Below, one piece after another: positions 18,136 to 26,665 of a stretch of 64,000 nucleotides of DNA. The stretch's first letter is position 1. Each line of letters begins with the position of its first letter. The translations under genes and the position numbers were made by a program. The DNA comes from an uncultured Acidobacteriota bacterium (GTDB taxonomy: Bacteria; Acidobacteriota; Vicinamibacteria; Vicinamibacterales; 2-12-FULL-66-21). The DNA lies in contig CAWAXG010000002.1 of the NCBI GenBank assembly GCA_963785755.1, positions 625,128 through 689,127 on the forward strand, read 5' to 3'. A model generated the notes under the pieces. The model was not told the DNA's origin and ran no database searches. It saw only the letters and a program-made list of their open reading frames with translations.

Positions 18136-18384
18136 ATGCTCATCGATGAAGTGCTCCAGAGAATACAAGGGGAATTCGTCGAGATGCCTGGGCTCCGACT
18201 GACCGCCCCACAGGCACAGCGTCTGTGGGGATTGGAGCGCGACCTTTGTGATGCGCTGCTTGGTGCCCTCGTGGATGCCAAGTTCTTGTCTCAAACGCGA
18301 GACGGAGCGTTTGTCCGCCAGGACGGCGCCCTGCCAACGCGGATTACGAACGGTCGGCGCGGTCATTCGTTGGCTGTCGCCTAG
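18136..18384 (+). CDS. Small hypothetical protein (82 aa), possibly winged-helix-like
   Basis: An AAGGGAGG Shine-Dalgarno sequence lies 6 nt before the ATG at 18136. MLIDEVLQRIQGEFVEMPGLRLTAPQAQRLWGLERDLCDALLGALVDAKFL. No family recognised with certainty. Confidence 0.5.
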   Translation: MLIDEVLQRIQGEFVEMPGLRLTAPQAQRLWGLERDLCDALLGALVDAKFLSQTRDGAFVRQDGALPTRITNGRRGHSLAVA

Positions 18385-18488
18385 GTTTACCCTACCGGTG
18401 CCGGTCGGCTGACTACCTGCCTCGTCAGCCTGAACAAACCGGCTCGCGTCCCCCGCTCCCGGGCGATGGCGCCCGCGGCCAGGTTTCG

Positions 18489-18523
18489 TCGAAGGTTGAG
18501 GGCTTCCGGCCCTCCACCTTCGA
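18489..18523. terminator. Strong GC hairpin between convergent genes (candidate bidirectional terminator)
   Basis: tcgaaggtTgagggc-ttccg-gccctcCaccttcga gives 8+6 bp of stem. There is no clear U-tract. Confidence 0.45.
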
Positions 18524-18540
18524 CATCACTCCTCTACCAA

Positions 18541-18640
18541 CGTGCTCCGTCCTGCGTGCTGGGTGCTCACGTGCTCCGCGTGCTACGTGCTCACGTGCTC
18601 ACGTGCCTTTCGGGCTACGTGCTCACGTGCTCACGTGCTC
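18541..18640. repeat. Short-period array of GTGCTCAC / GTGCTAC units (array B, reverse orientation of array A)
   Basis: cgtgctccgtcctgcgtgctgggtgctcacgtgctccgcgtgctacgtgctcacgtgctcacgtgcc...gctacgtgctcacgtgctcacgtgctc. Confidence 0.85.
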
Positions 18641-18659
18641 GAGGCATCCGCGCACTCTC

Positions 18660-19130
18660 TCAGGCCGTCCCGAGCGCGCTGAGCGCGTTCAGGCACTCCT
18701 CGTTGTTCGGTTGTTCCGGAATGTCGTAGGTCCGCACCCAGGCGATCTTCCCCTGCTTGTCGACGATGAAAATCGCGCGCTCGGAGAATCCTTCCTTCTG
18801 GCGAAACACGCCGTACTTCTGCGCGACTTCTCCGTGCGGGTGGAAATCGCTCAGCAGATCGAATGAGATCGATCCGAGAGTTTTCGCCCAGGCCGTCTTC
18901 GACGGCTGAGGATCGATGCTGATGCCGAGCACGACGGCATCACGTTCGTTGAGCCGATTGAGATCGAGCTCATATCCCGACATCTGCGTGGCGCACACCG
19001 GCGTGAATGCCAGCGGGTGAAACGCGAGCACGACGTTCTTCTTCCCTCGATAATCCGACAACCGTACGGTCCCGCCTCGATGGCTGCGAAGCTCGAAGTC
19101 CGGAGCTTCGTCGCCTGTTTTCAACGCCAT
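18660..19130 (-). CDS. Peroxiredoxin (AhpC/TSA, Bcp/AhpE-like)
   Basis: [17 protein letters not shown] peroxidatic Cys context. 156 aa. Confidence 0.9.
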   Translation of the reverse strand: MALKTGDEAPDFELRSHRGGTVRLSDYRGKKNVVLAFHPLAFTPVCATQMSGYELDLNRLNERDAVVLGISIDPQPSKTAWAKTLGSISFDLLSDFHPHGEVAQKYGVFRQKEGFSERAIFIVDKQGKIAWVRTYDIPEQPNNEECLNALSALGTA

Positions 19131-19177
19131 CGGCTTTCCTCACCTCGTTCGGTCGCGCACGCCGTGCGCCGTCTCAC

Positions 19178-19678
19178 TCATCGCAGGGTATCGATGGCGA
19201 CGACGCGCCCGAGCCGCCACGCACCCTCGTCCTTCCGCAGTTCCGAGGAGAATTCGCGTGCGTCGAGCGACTCCTCCCCCGATCCGATGCTGCGCCGGCG
19301 GATGACGAGCGTCAGCGCAGCCTCTGCTCGATTCGCGTCCAGAAGCTGGACGTTGATGTCCTTCAGCTCGACGACGAATGCGGCCGTCCGCGGCTGCAGA
19401 CGGGCCGCCATGCCGATGAGCGTTTCGCGGCCGTGAATCGGTGGACTCCCCTGCCCCAGCTCGACGACGACATCGGGCGTGAACAGCTGTCCGATCCGGG
19501 CCGCTCTCGCTACGGTCCCGAGGCCGTCGGTCGTCGACGCGTTGAACTCCGCCGCGAGCTCCTGCAACCGGCTCTTGATCTCTCGCTCTTCCGGTGTCCC
19601 CAGGGCGCGCCACGTCAGATACGCGGCGATCACCGCGACCGCCAGGGCTATCGCACCGACCCAGGCGCGCCTGTTCAT
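19178..19678 (-). CDS. Membrane-anchored hypothetical protein (NTF2/SnoaL-like fold suspected)
   Basis: N-terminal TM (AWVGAIALAVAVIAAYL) followed by a domain of about 130 aa. Its start overlaps the lepB stop. Confidence 0.45.
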   Translation of the reverse strand: MNRRAWVGAIALAVAVIAAYLTWRALGTPEEREIKSRLQELAAEFNASTTDGLGTVARAARIGQLFTPDVVVELGQGSPPIHGRETLIGMAARLQPRTAAFVVELKDINVQLLDANRAEAALTLVIRRRSIGSGEESLDAREFSSELRKDEGAWRLGRVVAIDTLR

Positions 19679-20169
19679 CAGAAGACGAGCTTTCCAAGAA
19701 TGCGCCGGGCATCGACGCGGCCAAAGTCGTGATCGCCCACACGCATGCCTCGATTGTCGCCGATTACGAAATACTCGCGAGGCCCGACGGTCACCTCCGC
19801 CACATCCCAGGCCTGCCGCTCCTTCACGTAGGTTTCGGCGAGTGGCAGACCGTTGATCTCGATGACGCCCCCGATGATCGCGACGCGCTCGCTCGGCAGC
19901 GCGATGATGCGCTTGACATACAGGATGCTCGGGCCGGCGAGCCGGATGGCGACAACGTCGCCGCGTGCCGGAGCCCGAATGCGAAAAACGACGCGATTCA
20001 CGAGGTTGAGCGCGCCGTCACGGTAGGTGGGCTGCATGCTGATGCCGCGCACGCGGATAGGCGTCAGCACCCATCCGAAGATCACGAAGCTCAGAACCGC
20101 CAGGACCCCGATACGTACAACCGTACGCCTGGGATGCCGACCGAAGATGAGCCGTCGTGACAGCGACAC
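19678..20169 (-). CDS. lepB: Signal peptidase I
   Basis: GISMQPT (catalytic Ser), YVKRIIALPSERV (Lys box) and GDNRG box. Confidence 0.85.
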   Translation of the reverse strand: MSLSRRLIFGRHPRRTVVRIGVLAVLSFVIFGWVLTPIRVRGISMQPTYRDGALNLVNRVVFRIRAPARGDVVAIRLAGPSILYVKRIIALPSERVAIIGGVIEINGLPLAETYVKERQAWDVAEVTVGPREYFVIGDNRGMRVGDHDFGRVDARRILGKLVF

Positions 20170-20216
20170 AATTGCAGTGGAGGCACCGCCTGCAGAAGGA
20201 AGGGCCGCGGCGCGGC

Positions 20217-21047
20217 TCAGCGCGTCTTGTATGGGACGAGCAGCGACGTCTCCCCGGGAACGACCGACACGTAGATCAGATCCTTCCGGTCGGTGGCTTC
20301 ATAGACCGGGAATCCACGGTAGTCGCCGATCCTGCTGAACCGATCGCTCGCGAACTCCACGGCGCGACCCGCGGCGTAATAACGGACGCTGCGAAACTCG
20401 AGGAACACCGCGTTCAGGCCGACCGGACGCTGAGCGGTTTCGATTCGCGCGGGACCCGAGGGCAGCAAGGTCTCGGGAGCCGCACCACGGCTCGGCCCCA
20501 CCGTCCCCACCGCAGCGGGAACCGTCGAATCGATCGTCGCGACGGGCCGGGGCACCGGCTGCGACGTGCCATACAAGAATCCCGTCGTCCCGACCGGCTG
20601 CGGAAGCGTCGGCGCCGGCGCCGAATAGAAGGACGCGCCGCTTGCCGCCTGACTCTGTTCCTGGGCTGGGAGGACGACCGGGAACGAGGGGGCCGAGCTC
20701 CCAACAGTGCCGGCGAGGTCGCCCGAACGACGGCGTTCGTACGGCCTGACCAGGCCTCCCGGCAGCGGAACGTAGACGATGCTGCCCGGTTCCTGCGTGG
20801 TCTTCTTGTAAATCGGAATCCGATCGAACATCCCGGTCAGGACCATCTCGTTCCGACTGAAATGGGTCACGGGGCCTGACGGGTAATAGATGTTGCCGCC
20901 AACATTGATGGGAGCGCCAGACAGGTACCAGCTCTCGTTCTCTGCGGTCAGTTCAGGCGGCGGCGTACTGAGCTGGGCCGACGCGAGTGCCGGCAGCCAC
21001 AACCCAAGGATGAACAGGAACACCAGGCGGGCAGGTCGGTCTCTCAT
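20217..21047 (-). CDS. Secreted hypothetical protein with an internally duplicated ~55-aa module
   Basis: Signal peptide ...LWLPALASAQ. The N- and C-terminal modules are related (YYPSGPVTHF..IPIYKK..IVYVPLPGGLVRPYERR vs YYAAGRAVEF..FPVYEA..LIYVSVVPGETSLLVPYKTR), with a Pro/Ser-rich linker between them. Confidence 0.5.
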   Translation of the reverse strand: MRDRPARLVFLFILGLWLPALASAQLSTPPPELTAENESWYLSGAPINVGGNIYYPSGPVTHFSRNEMVLTGMFDRIPIYKKTTQEPGSIVYVPLPGGLVRPYERRRSGDLAGTVGSSAPSFPVVLPAQEQSQAASGASFYSAPAPTLPQPVGTTGFLYGTSQPVPRPVATIDSTVPAAVGTVGPSRGAAPETLLPSGPARIETAQRPVGLNAVFLEFRSVRYYAAGRAVEFASDRFSRIGDYRGFPVYEATDRKDLIYVSVVPGETSLLVPYKTR

Positions 21048-21067
21048 ATCTCAGGCTCCCAGGCGCA

Positions 21068-22015
21068 TCATCCTTTTTTCCGCCAGTAGCGCGCAAGTCC
21101 CTGCCAGGAATAGTGCAGGCTGCCCGCGCGGCCGTAGAGATCGGCCTCCTGGACACCTACGACTCGGCGCAGCTCCCGCGTCGCCTCCTCGACGAACTGG
21201 TCCTGCCGGGCGTCCTCCGTGAGCCGATCGTCCGCGATGAGACGTCGCACGAGGCGGCTCCACTCCGCCACCCGCTCCATCAGCTGTTGGAAATGCGGGC
21301 GGGCGCCATGGAACGGGCCGAAGTGCGTCAGGAATAGCGTGTCGGGATCCCACGCCAGGATGCGTGCCTCGCTTTCCCGCCAGAGCTCGAGGTCGATGTC
21401 GGGAGGCGGCGAGGCGGGCATGACGTACGCCCCGCTGCCCCTCCGGACTCCCGCGGTGTCGCCAACGAACGCGATTCCCGCCGAAGGCTCGAAGAAGCTG
21501 ACGTGATGCGAGGCATGGCCTGGCGTATGCGCAACGTCGAGCAACCTGCCGGCCGCGACCACCCGTTCGCCCCCTTGCAGGACGCGGATCGCGTTGGCCG
21601 GGACCGGCAGAATCTCACCCCACAACCGATCCATGTCCTGCCCGTAAAGCCTTCCGGCGCTCGCCACGAGCTTTCCCGGATCCACCAGATGTGGGGCACC
21701 GCGGTCGTGAACGTACACCTCGATGTCAGGGTTGTCTTTCAGCAGTGAGCCCGTGCCGCCACCGTGATCCAGATGAATGTGGGTCAGCAGGACCTGGCGG
21801 ACGTCCCGAACCTCGATGCCCTTCTGAGCCAGGGCGCGGCGCAGGTTCGGGAGGCTGGTCGACGGCCCCGGATCGATGAGCGCGACCCCTGCTGCCCCAT
21901 GCAGCACAGCCGTGGCGATAATGCTGGGAAAACCTAGGAACTCGACGTCGATGTAGTCGATGCCTGACGCGAGCGAAGTCATCAGAGCCGGCAACCGATG
22001 GCCATCGACCGGCAT
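21068..22015 (-). CDS. MBL-fold metallo-hydrolase
   Basis: THIHLDHGGG motif. 315 aa. Confidence 0.85.
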   Translation of the reverse strand: MPVDGHRLPALMTSLASGIDYIDVEFLGFPSIIATAVLHGAAGVALIDPGPSTSLPNLRRALAQKGIEVRDVRQVLLTHIHLDHGGGTGSLLKDNPDIEVYVHDRGAPHLVDPGKLVASAGRLYGQDMDRLWGEILPVPANAIRVLQGGERVVAAGRLLDVAHTPGHASHHVSFFEPSAGIAFVGDTAGVRRGSGAYVMPASPPPDIDLELWRESEARILAWDPDTLFLTHFGPFHGARPHFQQLMERVAEWSRLVRRLIADDRLTEDARQDQFVEEATRELRRVVGVQEADLYGRAGSLHYSWQGLARYWRKKG

Positions 22016-22049
22016 CTTATATCAGGGCTGCTACAATCGAAGGGCGGCC

Positions 22050-22364
22050 ATGGCTGGACCCGATCGTCAGACATCTGGCGAAGTCCTCGAACGAACGCGG
22101 CAGGAGACGAAAAAACCTGAGCTCTACAAGGTCCTGCTGCTGAACGACGACTACACCACGATGGATTTCGTGGTGGACGTCCTCGAGACGATCTTCCACA
22201 AACAGCCGGCCGAGGCGCACCGCATCATGATGATGGTGCACACGCAGGGGAAAGGGCTGTGCGGTCTCTACCCGTTTGAAGTGGCGGAGACGAAGGTCGC
22301 CACGGTCATCGAACGGGCGCGCGCAAACGGCTTTCCATTGCTGGCCGCGATGGAGCCGGAGTAG
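22050..22364 (+). CDS. clpS: ATP-dependent Clp protease adaptor ClpS
   Basis: YKVLLLNDDYTTMDFVVDVLETIFHK...MMMVHTQGKGLCG. Directly upstream of clpA. Confidence 0.9.
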   Translation: MAGPDRQTSGEVLERTRQETKKPELYKVLLLNDDYTTMDFVVDVLETIFHKQPAEAHRIMMMVHTQGKGLCGLYPFEVAETKVATVIERARANGFPLLAAMEPE

Positions 22365-22391
22365 TTTTTTCGGGGGTCATAACGAGAGGTC

Positions 22392-24740
22392 ATGTTCAGT
22401 CCAGCGCTGGAGATCGTGCTCACCGTCGCCTACCGCGAGGCGACATCGCGGAGGCATACGCACCTCACGCTGGAACACCTGCTGTACGCGCTTGCGCACG
22501 ATCCCGACGGGGAACGGATCCTGGCGGCGTGCGGCGCTGATCTCCCGCAGCTCCGCAAGGATCTCGACAAATACCTCAAGGAGTCGGTCGAGCAGTTCGG
22601 CCGCGGCCAGCAGAAGGAGCCCGAGCAGACGCTGGCGTTCCGCCGCGTGCTGCAGACCGCGGTGCTGCACGTCCAGAGCGCCGGGCGGCAGGAGGTGCAA
22701 TCGGGCGACGTGCTGGCGGCCACACTGCAGCAGAACAAGTCGTACGCCGCGCAGCTGCTCGCCGCGCAAGGCGTGACGCGGCTGGACGTGCTCGAGTACA
22801 TCACGCACGGCATCAGCAAGGTTCCACCGGCCGCGCCGCGGGGAGATGAAGAACCCGGCGGCGATGCCGAGGCCGGAGCGGGCCAGGCCGGCACCGCGAC
22901 GTCGCGCGACCCGCTGTCCGCATACGCGATGAACCTGACGACGCGCGCGCGGGCCGGCGAGCTGGATCCGCTGATCGGCCGGCTGACCGAGCTCGAACGG
23001 ACGATGGAGATTCTCTGCCGCCGAAGGAAGAACAACCCGGTGTTCGTCGGTGATGCCGGCGTCGGCAAGACCGCGCTGGCCGAGGGACTCGCGACGCGCC
23101 TGCTGTCCGACGACGTGCCCGAGCTGCTCGAGGGGGCGGAGGTCTTCTCGCTCGACACGGGAGCGCTGCTCGCAGGAACCAGGTTCCGCGGTGACTTCGA
23201 AGAACGGTTCAAGGCGGTCATCGCCGCGCTCTCGAAGCGCCGGATGCCCATCCTGTTCATCGACGAAATCCACTCGACGGTCGGTGCCGGCGCCACCACC
23301 GGCGGCACGATGGATCTCGCGACCCTGATCAAGCCCATTCTCACCGCCGGGCAGCTCCGCGTCGTCGGCTCGACGACGCACGAAGAGTTCAAGCACATCG
23401 AGAAGGACCGCGCGCTCGCGCGGCGGCTGCAGAAGATCACAATAGACGAGCCGTCGATTCCCGAGACGGTGAAGATTCTCGAAGGGCTCCGATCGCGCTA
23501 CGAGTCGCATCACCGGGTGAAGTTCGCGGACGACGCGCTCGAGACCGCGGCGAAGCTCGCCGCGCGGCATCTGCGCGACTACAAGCTGCCGGACAGCGCG
23601 ATCGACGTGCTCGACGAAGCCGGCGCCCGCGTGCGGCTGCGTCAGGCCAGGGTCCGCCCGCAGGATGGTCCGCCCGCCGAGATTGCCATCATCGACGTCG
23701 GAGCCGCCGAAATCGAAGAGGTCGTCGCGCGCATCGCGCGGATCCCAGCCAAGCAGGCGTCATCGTCGGATCGCGATCGGCTGCGCACGCTCGAGGAGGC
23801 GCTCGGCCGCGTGGTGTTCGGTCAGGAACAGGCCGTGGGAACAGTCGCGCGCGCCATCAAGCGATCGCGCGCCGGTCTGGGTCAACCCGAAAGGCCCGCC
23901 GGCTGCTTCCTGTTCAGCGGTCCTACCGGCGTCGGCAAGACCGAGCTGGCGAAACAGCTCGCGCTGCACCTCGGCAACGAGTTCATCCGCTTCGACATGA
24001 GTGAGTACATGGAGAAGCATGCCGTCGCGAGGCTGATCGGCGCGCCGCCCGGCTACGTCGGCTTCGAACAAGGCGGACTGCTGGTCGACGCGGTGCGGCA
24101 GCATCCGTATGCGGTGCTGTTGCTCGACGAGATCGAGAAGGCACACCCCGACATCTTCAACATCCTGCTCCAGGTGATGGACCACGCGACCCTGACCGAC
24201 AACAACGGGCGCAAGGCGGACTTCCGCCAGGTCGTGCTGATCATGACCTCGAACGCCGGCTCACGCGAGCTGAGTGTGGGAACAATCGGCTTCTGGGAGG
24301 CTGGCACGGAACGGACCGTCGACGCGCGGCAGAAGTCGGCGCAACAGCGGTCGAAGCAGGCGATCGAAAAAGTCTTCAGCCCGGAGTTCCGCAACCGGCT
24401 CGACGCGATCGTCTCGTTCGGTCCGCTCACACCGTCGGTAATGGAAACGATCGTCGAGAAGTTCATCCTGCAGCTGGAAGCGCAGCTGGCCGAGCGCCGC
24501 GTCGCGATCACCCTGCAGCCCGAAGCGCGGGAGTGGCTCGCGGCCAAGGGGTACGATCCCATCTACGGCGCGCGTCCGCTCGGCCGCGTCATCCAGACCG
24601 AAGTCCGCGATCCGCTGACCGACGAGATTCTCTTCGGCCAGCTCGAGAGCGGCGGCACGGTCACGATCGATCTGAAGGATGGAAAGCTCGCGTTCACCTA
24701 CGTGCCGAAGACCGAACCGGCCGTGAAGAGCGAGGCATGA
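22392..24740 (+). CDS. clpA: ATP-dependent Clp protease ATP-binding subunit ClpA
   Basis: Clp_N repeats and two AAA+ modules (GDAGVGKTA, GPTGVGKTELAK). Confidence 0.95.
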   Translation: MFSPALEIVLTVAYREATSRRHTHLTLEHLLYALAHDPDGERILAACGADLPQLRKDLDKYLKESVEQFGRGQQKEPEQTLAFRRVLQTAVLHVQSAGRQEVQSGDVLAATLQQNKSYAAQLLAAQGVTRLDVLEYITHGISKVPPAAPRGDEEPGGDAEAGAGQAGTATSRDPLSAYAMNLTTRARAGELDPLIGRLTELERTMEILCRRRKNNPVFVGDAGVGKTALAEGLATRLLSDDVPELLEGAEVFSLDTGALLAGTRFRGDFEERFKAVIAALSKRRMPILFIDEIHSTVGAGATTGGTMDLATLIKPILTAGQLRVVGSTTHEEFKHIEKDRALARRLQKITIDEPSIPETVKILEGLRSRYESHHRVKFADDALETAAKLAARHLRDYKLPDSAIDVLDEAGARVRLRQARVRPQDGPPAEIAIIDVGAAEIEEVVARIARIPAKQASSSDRDRLRTLEEALGRVVFGQEQAVGTVARAIKRSRAGLGQPERPAGCFLFSGPTGVGKTELAKQLALHLGNEFIRFDMSEYMEKHAVARLIGAPPGYVGFEQGGLLVDAVRQHPYAVLLLDEIEKAHPDIFNILLQVMDHATLTDNNGRKADFRQVVLIMTSNAGSRELSVGTIGFWEAGTERTVDARQKSAQQRSKQAIEKVFSPEFRNRLDAIVSFGPLTPSVMETIVEKFILQLEAQLAERRVAITLQPEAREWLAAKGYDPIYGARPLGRVIQTEVRDPLTDEILFGQLESGGTVTIDLKDGKLAFTYVPKTEPAVKSEA

Positions 24741-24805
24741 GCGGAGGACGCCTGCCCGCCGTGCTTTAGCGGAGGCTGGTCAGCCCTGCCTCGTAATCAG
24801 CCGAA

Positions 24806-25396
24806 ATGTCCGACAAAGAATTCGAAGTCCCCGTCAAAGTCGTCGACCGCCGCTGGTGGGTCAATCAGGAGCAGCAGGCCGGCGGCCCCACGGCCACGAC
24901 GCCGTCGCTGAAGCCGACCTACGTCGAAGAGCTCGAGCAGCAGCTCGCGCAGAAGGACACGCAGCTGCAGGATGCGATCGCGCGGTACCGCCAGGCATCC
25001 TCCGAGTTCGACGACTCGCGCCTTCGCCTGCGGCGCGAGATCTCGAAGGACATCGAGCGCGCCAGGCGCGAGGTCCTCGCTGAACTGCTCGAGGTCGTCG
25101 ACAATCTGGATCGCGCGCTCGACGCTAGAGCGGGATCGAGCGCGGACCAGATGGACGCGCTGCTCCAGGGCGTGGAGCTGGTGCGCCGGCAGTTCCTCGC
25201 GAAGCTCGAAGGATTCGGGGTCAAGCGAATTGCCTCGGAGGGGCTGCCGTTCGACCCATCCGTGCATGAGGCCATATCGACCGTCCCGGCCGCGACACCC
25301 GAGCAGGACGGGACCGTCGTGGGCGTGGTTCGCCATGGATATCGCATCGGCGACGAGGTCCTGCGCCCGGCTGCCGTCGCCGTCGCCAAGAGCTGA
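24806..25396 (+). CDS. grpE: Nucleotide exchange factor GrpE
   Basis: Coiled-coil N-terminus, VVDNLDRAL, and GFGVKRIASEGLPFDPSVHEAIS...GYRIGDEVLRPAAVAV. Confidence 0.9.
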   Translation: MSDKEFEVPVKVVDRRWWVNQEQQAGGPTATTPSLKPTYVEELEQQLAQKDTQLQDAIARYRQASSEFDDSRLRLRREISKDIERARREVLAELLEVVDNLDRALDARAGSSADQMDALLQGVELVRRQFLAKLEGFGVKRIASEGLPFDPSVHEAISTVPAATPEQDGTVVGVVRHGYRIGDEVLRPAAVAVAKS

Positions 25397-25452
25397 CGCG
25401 CATCGCCCGCATCATCCTCGCGGTCTTCGGGTCGCTCGGCGACGTCCACCCG

Positions 25453-26661
25453 GTGGTTGCCGTGGCGCTGGAACTGAAGCGGCGCGGGCATCAGCCGGTG
25501 CTCGCCACCGCCGAGTACTATCGCGACAAGATCTCGTCCGCCGGTCTCGACTTCCTTCCGCTTCGTCCGAATCTCACACCCGCTGACAAGGACCTGCTGC
25601 GCCAGACCATGGATGAACGCAGCGGACCGGAATACCTGCTGCGAACGGTGATGATGCCGGCCCTGCGCGACACCTTCACGGATCTTCGTCAAGCCGTAGA
25701 GGGCGCCGACGTGCTGGTCGCCACCGATCTGCTCTATGCGGGGCCGATTGTCGCCGATGCGGTCGGCATTCCCTGGATAGCCATGACGATGGCGCCGATG
25801 ACGTTCCTGTCGGCGTACGACCCTCCCGCGCTGACGCCCGCGCCGTGGCTGGTGCAGCTCGCCAGGTTCTCACGGCCCGCATACGCCGCTTTCCTGCGAT
25901 TCGCGCGATGGTCGACACGGCACTGGGGGGCGCCGGTCTACGAGCTGCGTCGGGAACTGGGACTGCCTCGGGGGCTCGAACCGCTGTTCGGCGCGCGAGC
26001 GAACGCCGATGCGCTGCTCGGCATGTTCTCCCCCCTCGTCGGCGCTCCTCAGCCGGACTGGCCGGCGAATGCGCGAACCGCCGGCTTCGCGTTCTACGAT
26101 CGACACGAGCCGATGCCGCGATCGCTGAGCGATTTCCTCGACGCGGGCGATCCACCCATCGTTTTCACGCTGGGGTCCGCTGCGGTATTCGATCCGGGCG
26201 CGTTCTTCCGCCACAGCGCCGAGGCGGCCCGCCGCCTCGAAAGGCGCGCGGTCCTGCTGGTCGGACCGGATCCCGAGAACATTCCGCAGTCCGATGCCGA
26301 TCTCGCAATCGTCAGCTATGCGCCGTTTTCGGAGCTGTTTCCCCGCGCCGCCGCCGTGGTGCATCAGGGCGGGATCGGCACGACCGCGCAGGTATTACGC
26401 GCCGGGCGCCCGATGGTGATCGTTCCCTTCAGCCACGATCAGCCTGACAACGCGGCGCGAATGGTCCGGCTGGGAGTTGCGCGGACCATCAGACGCGGGG
26501 ACTATTCGGCCACGACGGCCGCTGCGGCGCTCGAGTCGCTGCTGAGCGATCCGTCGTACTCGAAAAACGCGCGGGAGGCCGCGGTGCGGCTGCGCGATGA
26601 GGATGGGGCGGCAAGGGCCGCGGACGTGATTGAAGCGATCGCGGGTCGAGGACGGGAGTGA
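25453..26661 (+). CDS. GT1-family glycosyltransferase (MGT/UDP-glycosyltransferase-like)
   Basis: HQGGIGTTAQVLRAGRPMVIVPFSHDQPDNA signature. The conserved N-terminus (RIILAVFGSLGDVHP) lies upstream of the first canonical start, so the real start is probably near 25393. Confidence 0.85.
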   Translation: MVAVALELKRRGHQPVLATAEYYRDKISSAGLDFLPLRPNLTPADKDLLRQTMDERSGPEYLLRTVMMPALRDTFTDLRQAVEGADVLVATDLLYAGPIVADAVGIPWIAMTMAPMTFLSAYDPPALTPAPWLVQLARFSRPAYAAFLRFARWSTRHWGAPVYELRRELGLPRGLEPLFGARANADALLGMFSPLVGAPQPDWPANARTAGFAFYDRHEPMPRSLSDFLDAGDPPIVFTLGSAAVFDPGAFFRHSAEAARRLERRAVLLVGPDPENIPQSDADLAIVSYAPFSELFPRAAAVVHQGGIGTTAQVLRAGRPMVIVPFSHDQPDNAARMVRLGVARTIRRGDYSATTAAAALESLLSDPSYSKNAREAAVRLRDEDGAARAADVIEAIAGRGRE

Positions 26662-26665
26662 TCCT

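Noticed and set aside
16478-18640. The heptamer arrays (also 31055-31300 and 60036-60250) as CRISPR arrays.
   Set aside because: Units are 7-8 nt and directly abut each other with no unique spacers. No cas genes are present. The architecture is incompatible with CRISPR.
18541-18640. Repeated CACGTG palindromes within the GTGCTCAC arrays as transcription-factor operator sites.
   Set aside because: The palindrome arises automatically from tandem GTGCTCAC units. No regulator gene is linked, and nothing distinguishes it from a by-product of the repeat.
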